From Rickettsiaceae bacterium (GTDB lineage: Bacteria; Pseudomonadota; Alphaproteobacteria; Rickettsiales; UBA1997): 64,000 bases of DNA. Of the stretch, positions 38,373 to 46,815 are shown in pieces. Numbering within the stretch: position 1 is the first letter of the stretch; each line of letters starts with the position of its first letter. The notes beneath the pieces were generated by a model. It was given only the letters and a program-made list of their open reading frames with translations, was not told the origin of the DNA and searched no databases. The DNA is taken from contig JAJTCH010000001.1 of assembly GCA_021323225.1 (NCBI GenBank), positions 339,408-403,407 on the forward strand. The letters are read 5' to 3'. The position numbers and the translations under genes are program-made.

Positions 38373-40712
38373 CTAGCTTCTTTTTACCCTCAAAGCATTA
38401 ATCACCACAATAATCGAAGAAGAAGACATCGCCAAAGCCGCGAATAAAGGCACAACATGGCCAGCGATGGCAAAGGGAATGGCAATTAGATTATAAACCA
38501 GGGCAAATCCCAAATTTTCCTTCATAATCCGGTTTGATTTTTTAGCAACATTCATCACTTCTAGAACCGGCCATAATTTTTCTCCCTGAAAAATCACATC
38601 GGCAATATTTTTGCTGATATCTGAAGCGGATGAAGGAGAAATTGAAATATCGGCCATCATCAGCGCCGGAGCATCATTAATGCCATCTCCTACCATCAAA
38701 ATATTTTTCTTTTTCTCTTTTAGCTTTTTTAGAATTTCTAATTTCTGGTCAGGGGTTTTTTCAAAATAAAACTCTTTTATACCAAGCTCCTTAGCAGTTT
38801 TTTCTACAACTGATTTTTTATCACCGGAAAGCAAAATTATGTTTTTGTTATAAGATTGAAGCTTATTTATAACCTCTGCAGCATCAATTCTAATCTGATC
38901 TTGGAAGGTAAAAGCAGTAATTTTATTTTGATAATTCAAGTAAATTTGCGGTAACTGATTATCAATATTTTCTTCAAAATTGATGCCCAAATGGCGTTTG
39001 TTTCCTAGCCTTACTTCTTCCCCTTGATAATTTCCAACCAAACCCATTCCCGGGATTTCTTTCACTTCAAAATCCAACAGCTTACCTTGAAAATTTTCCG
39101 CTAAAGCCCGCGATAAAACATGTTTGCTTTTAGCGGCCATTGAAGCAGCAATCTGCGTAGTTTTATCATCAATTGTCTGGTCTTTAATCAATTGCGGTTT
39201 GCCAATAGTTAAAGTGCCGGTTTTATCAAAAACCATTGCTTCAGTTTTGATTAATTTTTCTAACGCATCACCATTTTTAAGCAAAATTCCCTGTTTTAAT
39301 AATCTGGAAGCGGCAACAATTTGAGTGACCGGAACTGCTAAAGCTAAAGCGCAAGGACAGGTGATGATTAAAACTGCGGCAGCATTTAGCAAAGATTTGT
39401 GCCAGCCAATTCCAAGCAAAAAACATCCGACCATAAATGTTATAAACGCAATCAAATGAATGATTGGCGTATAATATTTGGCAACTATATCGGCAATTTT
39501 TGTGTAATAATTTTTGCTGGTTTCAATTTGCTCAACCATTTTAACTATTGTTGAAAGCAAAGTTTGTTCTTTGGTTTTGGTGATTTTAACCTGTATAGCA
39601 TTGCCTAAATTGATCATTCCGGCAAAAACTTCTTCACCAGTTTTTATTTTTTTTGGAAGTGATTCCCCAGTTATAATTGAAGTGTCAATCTCGCCCTCAC
39701 CTTGAATAATCACACCATCGGCAGCAATTCTTTCTCCCATCGCCACATTTAAAATCATTCCTGGCTCCAAATTTTTTCCGGCAATAATTTTATGTTTTCC
39801 ATCAATAATTACGGTTGCAGAAGTACCAGCTAAAAGTATCAAATCAGCGGTGATGGAGAATGCTTTTTTCCTGGCAGAAAAATCCAAATAACGGCCAATC
39901 AGCAAGAAAAAAATCAGCATTATCACCGAGTCAAAATAGGCATGTTCGCCTTTTGTTATTGCCTCAAAAACACTGGTGATACTTGCTAAAATTATTGCTA
40001 CAGCAATTGGAACATCCATATTCATCCTGCCCGCTTTTATTGAATTGAAGGCAGAAATTATAAAAATGCGACCGGAATAAATAATGGCAGGCAAAGCAAT
40101 CAGGGAGGAGATCCAATGCAATAAATTTCTGGTAGCAACACCCATTTGCGCACTATCATTTGCCCAAAGCGCAATTGAAACCAACATGACATTTCCCGCA
40201 GCAAAACCAGCAACTGAAAGGGCTTTTAGAATTTTGCTATCATATTTTTTTTCTTCCGACTTTAAAAATTCTGCATCAAATGGAACCAGGCGATAACCCA
40301 AATCAAAAACCATTCCCACTAAATCATTGCCAATATTTCTATCGCCAGACCATTCCAGACGCAGCCTTTTGCTGGTCATATTGATCCTTGCCTTTTTAAC
40401 TTCCGTCTGTTTTCTTAAAATATTTTCAATCAACCAAACACAAGAAGCGCATTGCAAACCATCAACCATTAAATCAATTGACCATCCATCATTTTCTTGG
40501 TTAGCAAATTCAACAATATCAATTTGATTATTTTCTTCTGGCTTTAGAGGCCTAGCTTTGCGGTCCAGTAGACGGGTTTTGTAATAATTTTCTAGTCCTA
40601 GATTATTGATGATTTTGTAAGCAGCTTCGCATCCTTTGCAGCAAAAATAATCCTGTTCACTATGGCTTTGCGTTTTATTTTCCAGCCCGCAATGCAGACA
40701 GTAATTTTTCAT
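38373..40712 (-). CDS. heavy-metal (copper) translocating P1B-type ATPase, CcoI/FixI-like
   Basis: 779 aa. The N-terminal Cys-rich domain is CLHCG...CCKGCEAAY and the HMA-like motif is LQCASC. TM CPC motif ITCPCALALAVP, phosphorylation site DKTGTLT, hinge GDGINDAPAL. Confidence 0.9.
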   Translation of the reverse strand: MKNYCLHCGLENKTQSHSEQDYFCCKGCEAAYKIINNLGLENYYKTRLLDRKARPLKPEENNQIDIVEFANQENDGWSIDLMVDGLQCASCVWLIENILRKQTEVKKARINMTSKRLRLEWSGDRNIGNDLVGMVFDLGYRLVPFDAEFLKSEEKKYDSKILKALSVAGFAAGNVMLVSIALWANDSAQMGVATRNLLHWISSLIALPAIIYSGRIFIISAFNSIKAGRMNMDVPIAVAIILASITSVFEAITKGEHAYFDSVIMLIFFLLIGRYLDFSARKKAFSITADLILLAGTSATVIIDGKHKIIAGKNLEPGMILNVAMGERIAADGVIIQGEGEIDTSIITGESLPKKIKTGEEVFAGMINLGNAIQVKITKTKEQTLLSTIVKMVEQIETSKNYYTKIADIVAKYYTPIIHLIAFITFMVGCFLLGIGWHKSLLNAAAVLIITCPCALALAVPVTQIVAASRLLKQGILLKNGDALEKLIKTEAMVFDKTGTLTIGKPQLIKDQTIDDKTTQIAASMAAKSKHVLSRALAENFQGKLLDFEVKEIPGMGLVGNYQGEEVRLGNKRHLGINFEENIDNQLPQIYLNYQNKITAFTFQDQIRIDAAEVINKLQSYNKNIILLSGDKKSVVEKTAKELGIKEFYFEKTPDQKLEILKKLKEKKKNILMVGDGINDAPALMMADISISPSSASDISKNIADVIFQGEKLWPVLEVMNVAKKSNRIMKENLGFALVYNLIAIPFAIAGHVVPLFAALAMSSSSIIVVINALRVKRS

Positions 40713-40775
40713 TGATTATGGATAATTTTGATGTTTTGATTGGCGGGAATTCTATAAACCAATGCCCTAAAAACA

Positions 40776-41477
40776 ATGACGCATAATTTTGAAATTAAGC
40801 AAGTCCCTTCACCGGCTTTTAATGAAAGGATAAGATTTTTAATTTTACATTATACCGCTCAGGACTTCCCTACCTCTCTTAAACTTTTGCAAGATAAAGT
40901 TAGCGTTCATTATTTGGTTTCTGATTGTCCGGTCGAGATTTTGCAATTAGTCGATAATAATAAAAGAGCCTGGCATGCCGGAGAAAGCTCGTGGGGAAAT
41001 AGAGATAACTTAAATGACACATCGATTGGCATCGAAATTGTGAATTTAGATGGCAATTTTAATCCTTATAATGAAGAGCAAATTGAGGCAGTAATATTTT
41101 TATGCAAAAAAATTATCAAAGACTATCAAATCGCCCCAAATTTTGTTTTAGGCCATTCTGATATTGCCCCTTTAAGAAAGCTTGACCCCGGCTCTCTATT
41201 TCCATGGCAAAAGCTTTATGAAAATGGAATTGGCGCAATGCCAAATGAGGAAGATGTTAAAGATTTTGAGGAAAAAATCTCAATTCCAACTGCTTTAGAG
41301 CTACAAGAGAATCTAGCAAAATATGGATATAAAATTGATTTAACCGGGGAATTTGATGAGCAAACAAAAGCTGTTTTAGATGCATTTAGGAGACATTTCT
41401 GTCCAGATTTGATTGGACAAGAAATTGATAAAAGAAGTTACGCAACCCTACTAGCCTTGATTAAAAAATATATCTAG
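40776..41477 (+). CDS. N-acetylmuramoyl-L-alanine amidase (amidase_2, AmpD/AmiD-like) with C-terminal peptidoglycan-binding repeat
   Basis: 233 aa. ILHYTA...VHYLV...AWHAGESSWG...SIGIEIVN...GHSDIAP.RK.DPG. The C-terminal LQENLAKYGYKIDLTGEFDEQTKAVLDAFRRHF resembles PG_binding_1. Confidence 0.85.
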   Translation: MTHNFEIKQVPSPAFNERIRFLILHYTAQDFPTSLKLLQDKVSVHYLVSDCPVEILQLVDNNKRAWHAGESSWGNRDNLNDTSIGIEIVNLDGNFNPYNEEQIEAVIFLCKKIIKDYQIAPNFVLGHSDIAPLRKLDPGSLFPWQKLYENGIGAMPNEEDVKDFEEKISIPTALELQENLAKYGYKIDLTGEFDEQTKAVLDAFRRHFCPDLIGQEIDKRSYATLLALIKKYI

Positions 41478-41480
41478 CAG

Positions 41481-42167
41481 CTATAAAATTTTATCTAAAG
41501 TGGAATGTTTAATTTTTCCACCGACAGCATAATTTGGCTGCCTATCTCCGCCACATTTCCAATTAAAATCGCGGCTAAAAAATAACGATGTCACTGCCGC
41601 TTCTGGTTTGGAAGGGCGCAAACCATAAAAATCAACCTGAATAAAATCTAAATTTTCCTTCAAAAATTTTGCGGTATTTGGATACCAGTCGGAATTATCC
41701 AAAATCACCAACCCATCTTTTTTAACTTTTGATATGGAATTTTTAGCACATAAATAGCGACTGAAAGCGCCATCAATTACTATTAAATCAAAATTATTGT
41801 CTGGATATTGTTTGATTGAATCAGCGTAATCATCTTGCGCAAAAGCAGATATTAATTGGTGATTAGGAAATTTTTTTAAAGGTTCCTTTAAGTTCTCAAT
41901 CCATTTTTTATCATGCTCAACAGAAGTAACTTCTGCGCCCTTTCCTAACCAAAATAAAGTCGATTGGCCAGAGCCAAATTCAAAAATTTTCCTGGAAGAA
42001 AAATTAATTGAGCTTAGATATTCAATAGCGGGATAAGTATAGAGAGGAAGTGGTTCATTATTTTTATCAACCGGAATTTTGGCTTGGATGGAATTAGAAA
42101 AACCATATTCCTCAGAAATGATTTTACTGATTTTTTCTAACGGAGAATCATCAGAATTTTCTGACAT
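41481..42167 (-). CDS. hypothetical protein, class I SAM-methyltransferase-like fold
   Basis: Start at the ATG at 42167 (MSENSDDSPLEK...), 1 nt after the purQ stop. A glycine-rich motif I-like sequence IFEFGSGQSTLFW and an acidic motif DLIVIDGA suggest a Rossmann methyltransferase. The assignment is tentative. Confidence 0.45.
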   Translation of the reverse strand: MSENSDDSPLEKISKIISEEYGFSNSIQAKIPVDKNNEPLPLYTYPAIEYLSSINFSSRKIFEFGSGQSTLFWLGKGAEVTSVEHDKKWIENLKEPLKKFPNHQLISAFAQDDYADSIKQYPDNNFDLIVIDGAFSRYLCAKNSISKVKKDGLVILDNSDWYPNTAKFLKENLDFIQVDFYGLRPSKPEAAVTSLFFSRDFNWKCGGDRQPNYAVGGKIKHSTLDKIL

Positions 42168-42168
42168 G

Positions 42169-42843
42169 TTAAAACTTGCTAAGCGCCGTGAATATTGAAA
42201 GACCATCCACTAAACCGGTTTCTTTATCAATTGCCCTTTCCGGATGCGGCATCATTCCCAAAATATTTTTTTGCTTATTAAAAACACCGGCGATGTCTTT
42301 TGCGGAGCCGTTTGGATTTGAAGAAGCACCCGACAAATCACAATATCTAAAGGCAATTTGATCGTTATCTTCCAATGATTTTAGGGTATTTTCATCGGCA
42401 AAATAATTGCCATCCATATGTGCAATTGGAAGTTGAATGACCTGATTTTTTTGATAATCGGAAGTAAAGTTGGTTTTAGCATTTTCAACTTTTAGCCCAA
42501 CTGTCTTGCAGATGAATTTTCCGCCTTTGTTTTTTAGCAATACACCTTCAAGTAAGCCAGCTTCAGTCAGAATTTGAAAACCATTGCAAATTCCTAAAAT
42601 TTTAACTCCTTTTTCCGCAGCTTTTTTAATTTCACCCATAACAGGAGAAATTGCTGCCATTGCGCCACTACGCAAATAATCTCCATAAGAAAAACCGCCG
42701 GGAACAACTATTAAGTCAAGGTCGGCGGCAAGAGAAGTTTCTTTGTGCCAAATTTTTTCTACCTTGCTGCCGATTTTTTGTAGCGCGTCAACTGCATCAC
42801 GATCACAATTGGAACCAGGAAAAACAATAACTGCAGATTTCAT
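42169..42843 (-). CDS. purQ: phosphoribosylformylglycinamidine synthase, glutaminase subunit
   Basis: 224 aa. VIVFPGSNCDRD, GGFSYGDYLR, ICNGFQIL (Cys nucleophile), MMPHPER. Confidence 0.95.
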   Translation of the reverse strand: MKSAVIVFPGSNCDRDAVDALQKIGSKVEKIWHKETSLAADLDLIVVPGGFSYGDYLRSGAMAAISPVMGEIKKAAEKGVKILGICNGFQILTEAGLLEGVLLKNKGGKFICKTVGLKVENAKTNFTSDYQKNQVIQLPIAHMDGNYFADENTLKSLEDNDQIAFRYCDLSGASSNPNGSAKDIAGVFNKQKNILGMMPHPERAIDKETGLVDGLSIFTALSKF

Positions 42844-42850
42844 ATTATTT

Positions 42851-43015
42851 GTTAGATAGTGTTTATTGGATTTGTATTACAGATTTTATGGATATTTTAA
42901 GCGATTTTTTCCTAAATTTTTGATAAATATTGGTACATATTTTGAAAAAATTTAGGAAAAAAAGAGCTAAAATAGACCAAAATATGTGGTACAAATCCAA
43001 TAAACATTATCTAAC
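42851..43015. repeat. 165-bp imperfect palindrome filling the purS-purQ spacer
   Basis: The left arm GTTAGATAGTGTTTATTGGATTTGTA... and the reverse complement of the right arm GTTAGATAATGTTTATTGGATTTGTA... match at 25 of 26 terminal positions. An inner perfect pair TTTTTTCCTAAATTTTT / AAAAATTTAGGAAAAAA is present. The symmetry centre is near GTAC at 42933-42936. Confidence 0.85.
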
Positions 43016-43252
43016 CACTTCGAATGAATAGTTTTCGATGATTTTATTAACTAAAAGCTTGTCACAAATCTCATCAACAATTTTGCTAACTTTTTCCATA
43101 TCAGTTTCAGCAATATCAAATTCTACCACCTTACCTTGTCTAACTCCGGAGATTTGTTCAAAGCCCAGATTTTTATTTAAAGCAGCTTCAATTGCTTTTC
43201 CTTGAGTGTCTAAAACGCCTTTTTTTAAAACTATGTTGATTCTAATTTTCAT
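43007..43252 (-). CDS. purS: phosphoribosylformylglycinamidine synthase subunit PurS
   Basis: 81 aa. Typical PurS pattern: VLDTQGKAIEAAL..LGF..I..VRQGKVVEFDI. Confidence 0.9.
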   Translation of the reverse strand: MKIRINIVLKKGVLDTQGKAIEAALNKNLGFEQISGVRQGKVVEFDIAETDMEKVSKIVDEICDKLLVNKIIENYSFEVVR

Positions 43253-43294
43253 GAAATTGTTGGTAGAATTAAAGTTGGATTAATGTTTCCAAAT

Positions 43295-44173
43295 CTACTG
43301 GGATTTTATCTCCTTGGTAGTTTGGTTATCATATTCAAGGTAAATCTTTTTGGCAATTCTCAAATCAATTCCCTTAAGACCAATTAGAGAGCCGGGCATA
43401 TTGTAAATTTTGATCAAAGCATCCCAGGCTTCTTTCATGTCATTTTCTTCATTACTGCTTGGCAACTTTACCAGCAAGCCACTTTCAAATCTAACATCCC
43501 ATCTTCTGCCACCAACCCAGGTTGCGGAATAAACATTTTTACCGATCTCCGGATCGATAGCTAAAATATTAAACAGCGATTTAACATTTTTATAGGCATC
43601 TTTGCCGGTTAGAATTATTAAACTATCAAAATCATTGATATTATTTACAGCGATAATTTCACCCGTTTTGCTAACGATATATTTTTTTTCATTATCCTCC
43701 CAAACCGCAAAAGGCTGATGTTCTTTGATTTGGATTTTTAAAGTATCTTGCAAACTGATACTAACCACCACTTCATCCACCCAAGGCAATTCTTCAATCC
43801 TGTCTTTTAGGGATTGTATGATCTTCTGATTATTCATCCCCCTATCTTTAGCAAATTCCTCATTAGAAATTTTTATAATCTGCTCATAGTTGGTGTAGTT
43901 ATAGCCATCAATTCTGATTTTATTATATCTTTGCGAACCATTGAAATTAATGGCTCTATAGCCATAAGCAATTAGCCGCTCTTTTATTTCTCCAAATTTT
44001 GGCTTATTAAAAATCGCTAAATAGGAGGTGACTAAAATTAAGAGAGCAACAAAAAAACAAAGTGAATATTTAAACCAGGGGAAAACCTTGTTGTAAAAAA
44101 ACGCCCGGATAATGCGAACCGATGGGCGGCTAATGATAAAAGATTTGATTTTGCTGATTTTTATATTCCACAT
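43295..44173 (-). CDS. ftsQ: cell division protein FtsQ (POTRA + FtsQ domain)
   Basis: 292 aa. A cytoplasmic N-tail and a single TM (LCFFVALLILVTSYLAIF) precede a POTRA-like region (KIRIDGYNYTNYEQI). It overlaps the ddl stop by 13 nt in the conserved ddl-ftsQ order. Confidence 0.8.
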   Translation of the reverse strand: MWNIKISKIKSFIISRPSVRIIRAFFYNKVFPWFKYSLCFFVALLILVTSYLAIFNKPKFGEIKERLIAYGYRAINFNGSQRYNKIRIDGYNYTNYEQIIKISNEEFAKDRGMNNQKIIQSLKDRIEELPWVDEVVVSISLQDTLKIQIKEHQPFAVWEDNEKKYIVSKTGEIIAVNNINDFDSLIILTGKDAYKNVKSLFNILAIDPEIGKNVYSATWVGGRRWDVRFESGLLVKLPSSNEENDMKEAWDALIKIYNMPGSLIGLKGIDLRIAKKIYLEYDNQTTKEIKSQ

Positions 44174-45090
44174 CTGGCGCTGTTAACCAAATATTCAACA
44201 ATTTCGTTAAAACTTATTCCTTTATATTTGGCAATTTTTGGCACAAGGGAAGTAGCGGTAAAACCAGGATGGGTGTTGATCTCTAAAAAATAAAACTGGT
44301 TATCACCGTTATTTTTATTGTTTAAAATAAAATCGACCCGGCTAACACCGCTACAGCCAATAATCTTATGGCATCTTAAAGCCAAATCCAAAATCTCTTC
44401 ATATTTATCAGAAGAAACCTCCGCCGGCATAATATAATCAGTCATTCCGGCAGTATATTTGCATTCATAATCATAAAATAATTTTTTAGGGCGAACTTCA
44501 ATAGCACCTAAAGCCTTATTATCCATGACGGCAACTTGAATTTCCTGGCCGGCGATATATTTTTCAACAATCATTTCATCGCCATATTTCCAGTCAAAAT
44601 CCATTATATCAAAAGGCATATTTTCTAGAATCACCTGTACGCCAACACTGGATCCTTCATTAATTGGCTTGATCACGAATGGCTTGCCAATTTTTTCAAA
44701 AATAATTTCTTTGTTTTTTTTGTCTTCGCCTTTCTTAATGATAGAAAACTGAGGTGAATTGATGCCAACAGTTGAGCAGATTTTGCTGGTTAAAATTTTA
44801 TCCATCGAAATTGCCGAGGCGGTAATACCGGAATGGGTATAAGGAATATTTAGAATATCTAACAAACCCTGAATGCGACCATCCTCGCCATATCTGCCAT
44901 GCAGCGCGTTAAAAACTACATCCGGTTTTATTTCATTAAGCTTAGAAACAATATCACGACCAAAATCAATCTTGGTTGTTTTATAGCCAAGTTCAAGCAA
45001 AGCATTATAGGCCGCTTCACCGCTGCGCAGAGAAACTTCACGCTCAGAATTCCAACCGCCCATTAAAACGGCAACATGTTTTGATTTCAT
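44161..45090 (-). CDS. ddl: D-alanine--D-alanine ligase
   Basis: 309 aa. VAVLMGGWNSEREVSLRSG, FNALHGRYGEDGRIQGLLD, ATP-grasp EGSSVGV, FLEINTHPGFT. Confidence 0.95.
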   Translation of the reverse strand: MKSKHVAVLMGGWNSEREVSLRSGEAAYNALLELGYKTTKIDFGRDIVSKLNEIKPDVVFNALHGRYGEDGRIQGLLDILNIPYTHSGITASAISMDKILTSKICSTVGINSPQFSIIKKGEDKKNKEIIFEKIGKPFVIKPINEGSSVGVQVILENMPFDIMDFDWKYGDEMIVEKYIAGQEIQVAVMDNKALGAIEVRPKKLFYDYECKYTAGMTDYIMPAEVSSDKYEEILDLALRCHKIIGCSGVSRVDFILNNKNNGDNQFYFLEINTHPGFTATSLVPKIAKYKGISFNEIVEYLVNSARCGI

Positions 45091-45093
45091 TGA

Positions 45094-45432
45094 TTAAACG
45101 GATTTGTTTTGCGTGCGCTCTGTAGATTGGCTCTGAACTTTTGAGGCTTTTAAATTTTCTTTAGAACGGTCCTGGATTTTTTTATTGCCCTGAACTTCTT
45201 TTACCACATATTCACAAAGCTCCTCAAAGGACACTTTTTGTTCTGTAGAAATTTTTACAAGCTTTGCTAACGCATCCATCAAAGCTTTTGGTATCATTCC
45301 ACCTTTTTTTTCTGCCAACCACCTGCTTTGAAAACCAAGAGGATGGCTGCCTTTGGCAGGATTGCCAATGTAAAGAGTGACTGGATATTGATTAGAACCA
45401 AAATCGCAAGTATAGGTAAATTTTTTAACCAT
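45094..45432 (-). CDS. conserved hypothetical protein (DUF2610-like)
   Basis: 112 aa. FTYTCDFGSNQYPVTLYIGNPAKGSHPLGFQSRWLAEKKGGMIPKALMDALAKLVKISTEQKVSFEELCEY resembles the DUF2610 pattern as I remember it. It has a basic/Ser-rich tail. The family call is not verified. Confidence 0.5.
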   Translation of the reverse strand: MVKKFTYTCDFGSNQYPVTLYIGNPAKGSHPLGFQSRWLAEKKGGMIPKALMDALAKLVKISTEQKVSFEELCEYVVKEVQGNKKIQDRSKENLKASKVQSQSTERTQNKSV

Positions 45433-45444
45433 ATCTTTTGCGTG

Positions 45445-46548
45445 TTAATTGGTTATTAGGGAAGATTTGATTATTTCATCTTCCAAATTAATGTCGATTT
45501 TCTTGGTATCTTTATTAGTGATAAGTTCCATGAAATTGTAAAGATTTCTAGCATAAAGCTTGGAAGCGTCTTTTGCTACTCTGCTTGGGAAATTGTCATG
45601 GCCAATAATTTTTACGCCGAATTTATTCACTACTTTTCCTGGTTCAGTTAGCTCAGAATTTCCGCCATTCACGGCCGCAATATCAACAATTATTGAACCA
45701 TTTTTCATTGCCTTGATCATTGCTTCAGTAATCAGTTTTGGTGCTGGCTTGCCTGGAATAAGCGCCGTAGTGATAACGATATCTTGTTTTATGATATTAT
45801 CAAAAATTGCCTGTTCTTGCTTCTTTTTATATTCATCAGACATTTCTTTGGCATAGCCCGCCTTGGTTTCTCCATCGGATGAAGAATCAGCAACTTCAAT
45901 AAATTTTGCCCCTAAAGATTGCACTTGCTCTTTTGCAACAGCCCTAACATCAAAAGCAACAACAACTGCGCCAAGCCTTTTAGCGGTAGCAATTGCTTGC
46001 AAACCGGCAACGCCAGCGCCTAAAACCATAACTTTAGCAGGAGTGATTGTGCCAGCAGCAGTCATCATCATTGGTACTGCAATATCCAACTCTGCAACCG
46101 CATCAATAACGGCGCGATAGCCAACAAGATTACTTTGCGAAGACAAAACATCCATGGATTGAGCCCTGGTAATACGCGGGAAAAGCTCAACCGCAAAGGC
46201 CTTAATGCCAAGATTTTTATAAGATTCAGTTTTTTGTTGGTTTTGATATGGATTTAGCGCACCAATTAAAACAGCATCCTTCTTGCAACCAGAAAGTTTT
46301 TTCATCTCATCATCAGCTGGAGCCTGCACTTTTAAAATGACATCAATATCAGAAATTACCGAAGACAGATCTGAAACAACTTCAGCGCCAGCATTTTTGT
46401 AATCATCATCAGAAATGCTCGCTTGCAAACCAGCCCCGGATTCAACAAAAACCTGATATGCAAGTTTAGAATATTTGGAGACAAGATCAGGAGTGATTGC
46501 CACTCTCTTTTCATTATTTGCAGTTTCTTTAAGTGCTAGAATTTTCAT
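45445..46548 (-). CDS. pntAA: NAD(P) transhydrogenase alpha subunit part 1 (dI, PntAA)
   Basis: 367 aa. Alanine-dehydrogenase-like fold with E.RVA.TP, SQSNLVGYRAV, and the NAD-binding VLGAGVAGLQAIATAKRLGA. The product ends before any membrane domain, so this is the split-form dI. Confidence 0.9.
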   Translation of the reverse strand: MKILALKETANNEKRVAITPDLVSKYSKLAYQVFVESGAGLQASISDDDYKNAGAEVVSDLSSVISDIDVILKVQAPADDEMKKLSGCKKDAVLIGALNPYQNQQKTESYKNLGIKAFAVELFPRITRAQSMDVLSSQSNLVGYRAVIDAVAELDIAVPMMMTAAGTITPAKVMVLGAGVAGLQAIATAKRLGAVVVAFDVRAVAKEQVQSLGAKFIEVADSSSDGETKAGYAKEMSDEYKKKQEQAIFDNIIKQDIVITTALIPGKPAPKLITEAMIKAMKNGSIIVDIAAVNGGNSELTEPGKVVNKFGVKIIGHDNFPSRVAKDASKLYARNLYNFMELITNKDTKKIDINLEDEIIKSSLITN

Positions 46549-46574
46549 TATATCAATATTGATTGATTAAAATT

Positions 46575-46661
46575 TGGTGCGGTCGAGAAGATTTGAACTT
46601 CCACTCCTTTTACAGAACAGCGACCTCAACGCTGCGCGTCTACCAACTCCGCCACGACCGC
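46575..46661 (-). tRNA. tRNA-Leu (anticodon GAG), class II with long variable arm
   Basis: The 87-nt reverse complement is GCGGTCGTGGCGGAGTTGGTAGACGCGCAGCGTTGAGGTCGCTGTTCTGTAAAAGGAGTGGAAGTTCAAATCTTCTCGACCGCACCA. Acceptor GCGGTCG/CGACCGC, anticodon stem CAGCG/CGCTG with loop TTGAGGT, encoded CCA. Confidence 0.9.
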
Positions 46662-46666
46662 AAAAA

Positions 46667-46803
46667 CCTATTCTAATTCTCTACTATGACGGACGCTAAG
46701 TTCGAATTTCCTGCGCTTCGTTGCTCACGCACCAAATGTACGCTGCGCTACGATGCTATGAAATTCAAACTTATCGCCTCGTCCTAGCGAGAATTAGGAC
46801 AGG
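46667..46803. repeat. 137-bp imperfect palindromic element between tRNA-Leu and the gdhB 3' end
   Basis: The arm CCTATTCTAATTCTCTACTATGACGGACGCTAAGTTCGAATTTC pairs with GAAATTCAAACTTATCGCCTCGTCCTAGCGAGAATTAGGACAGG. The outer and inner blocks are complementary and the middle diverges with an indel. A GC-richer core of about 49 nt separates the arms. Confidence 0.75.
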
Positions 46804-46815
46804 TTATAAGACAAA

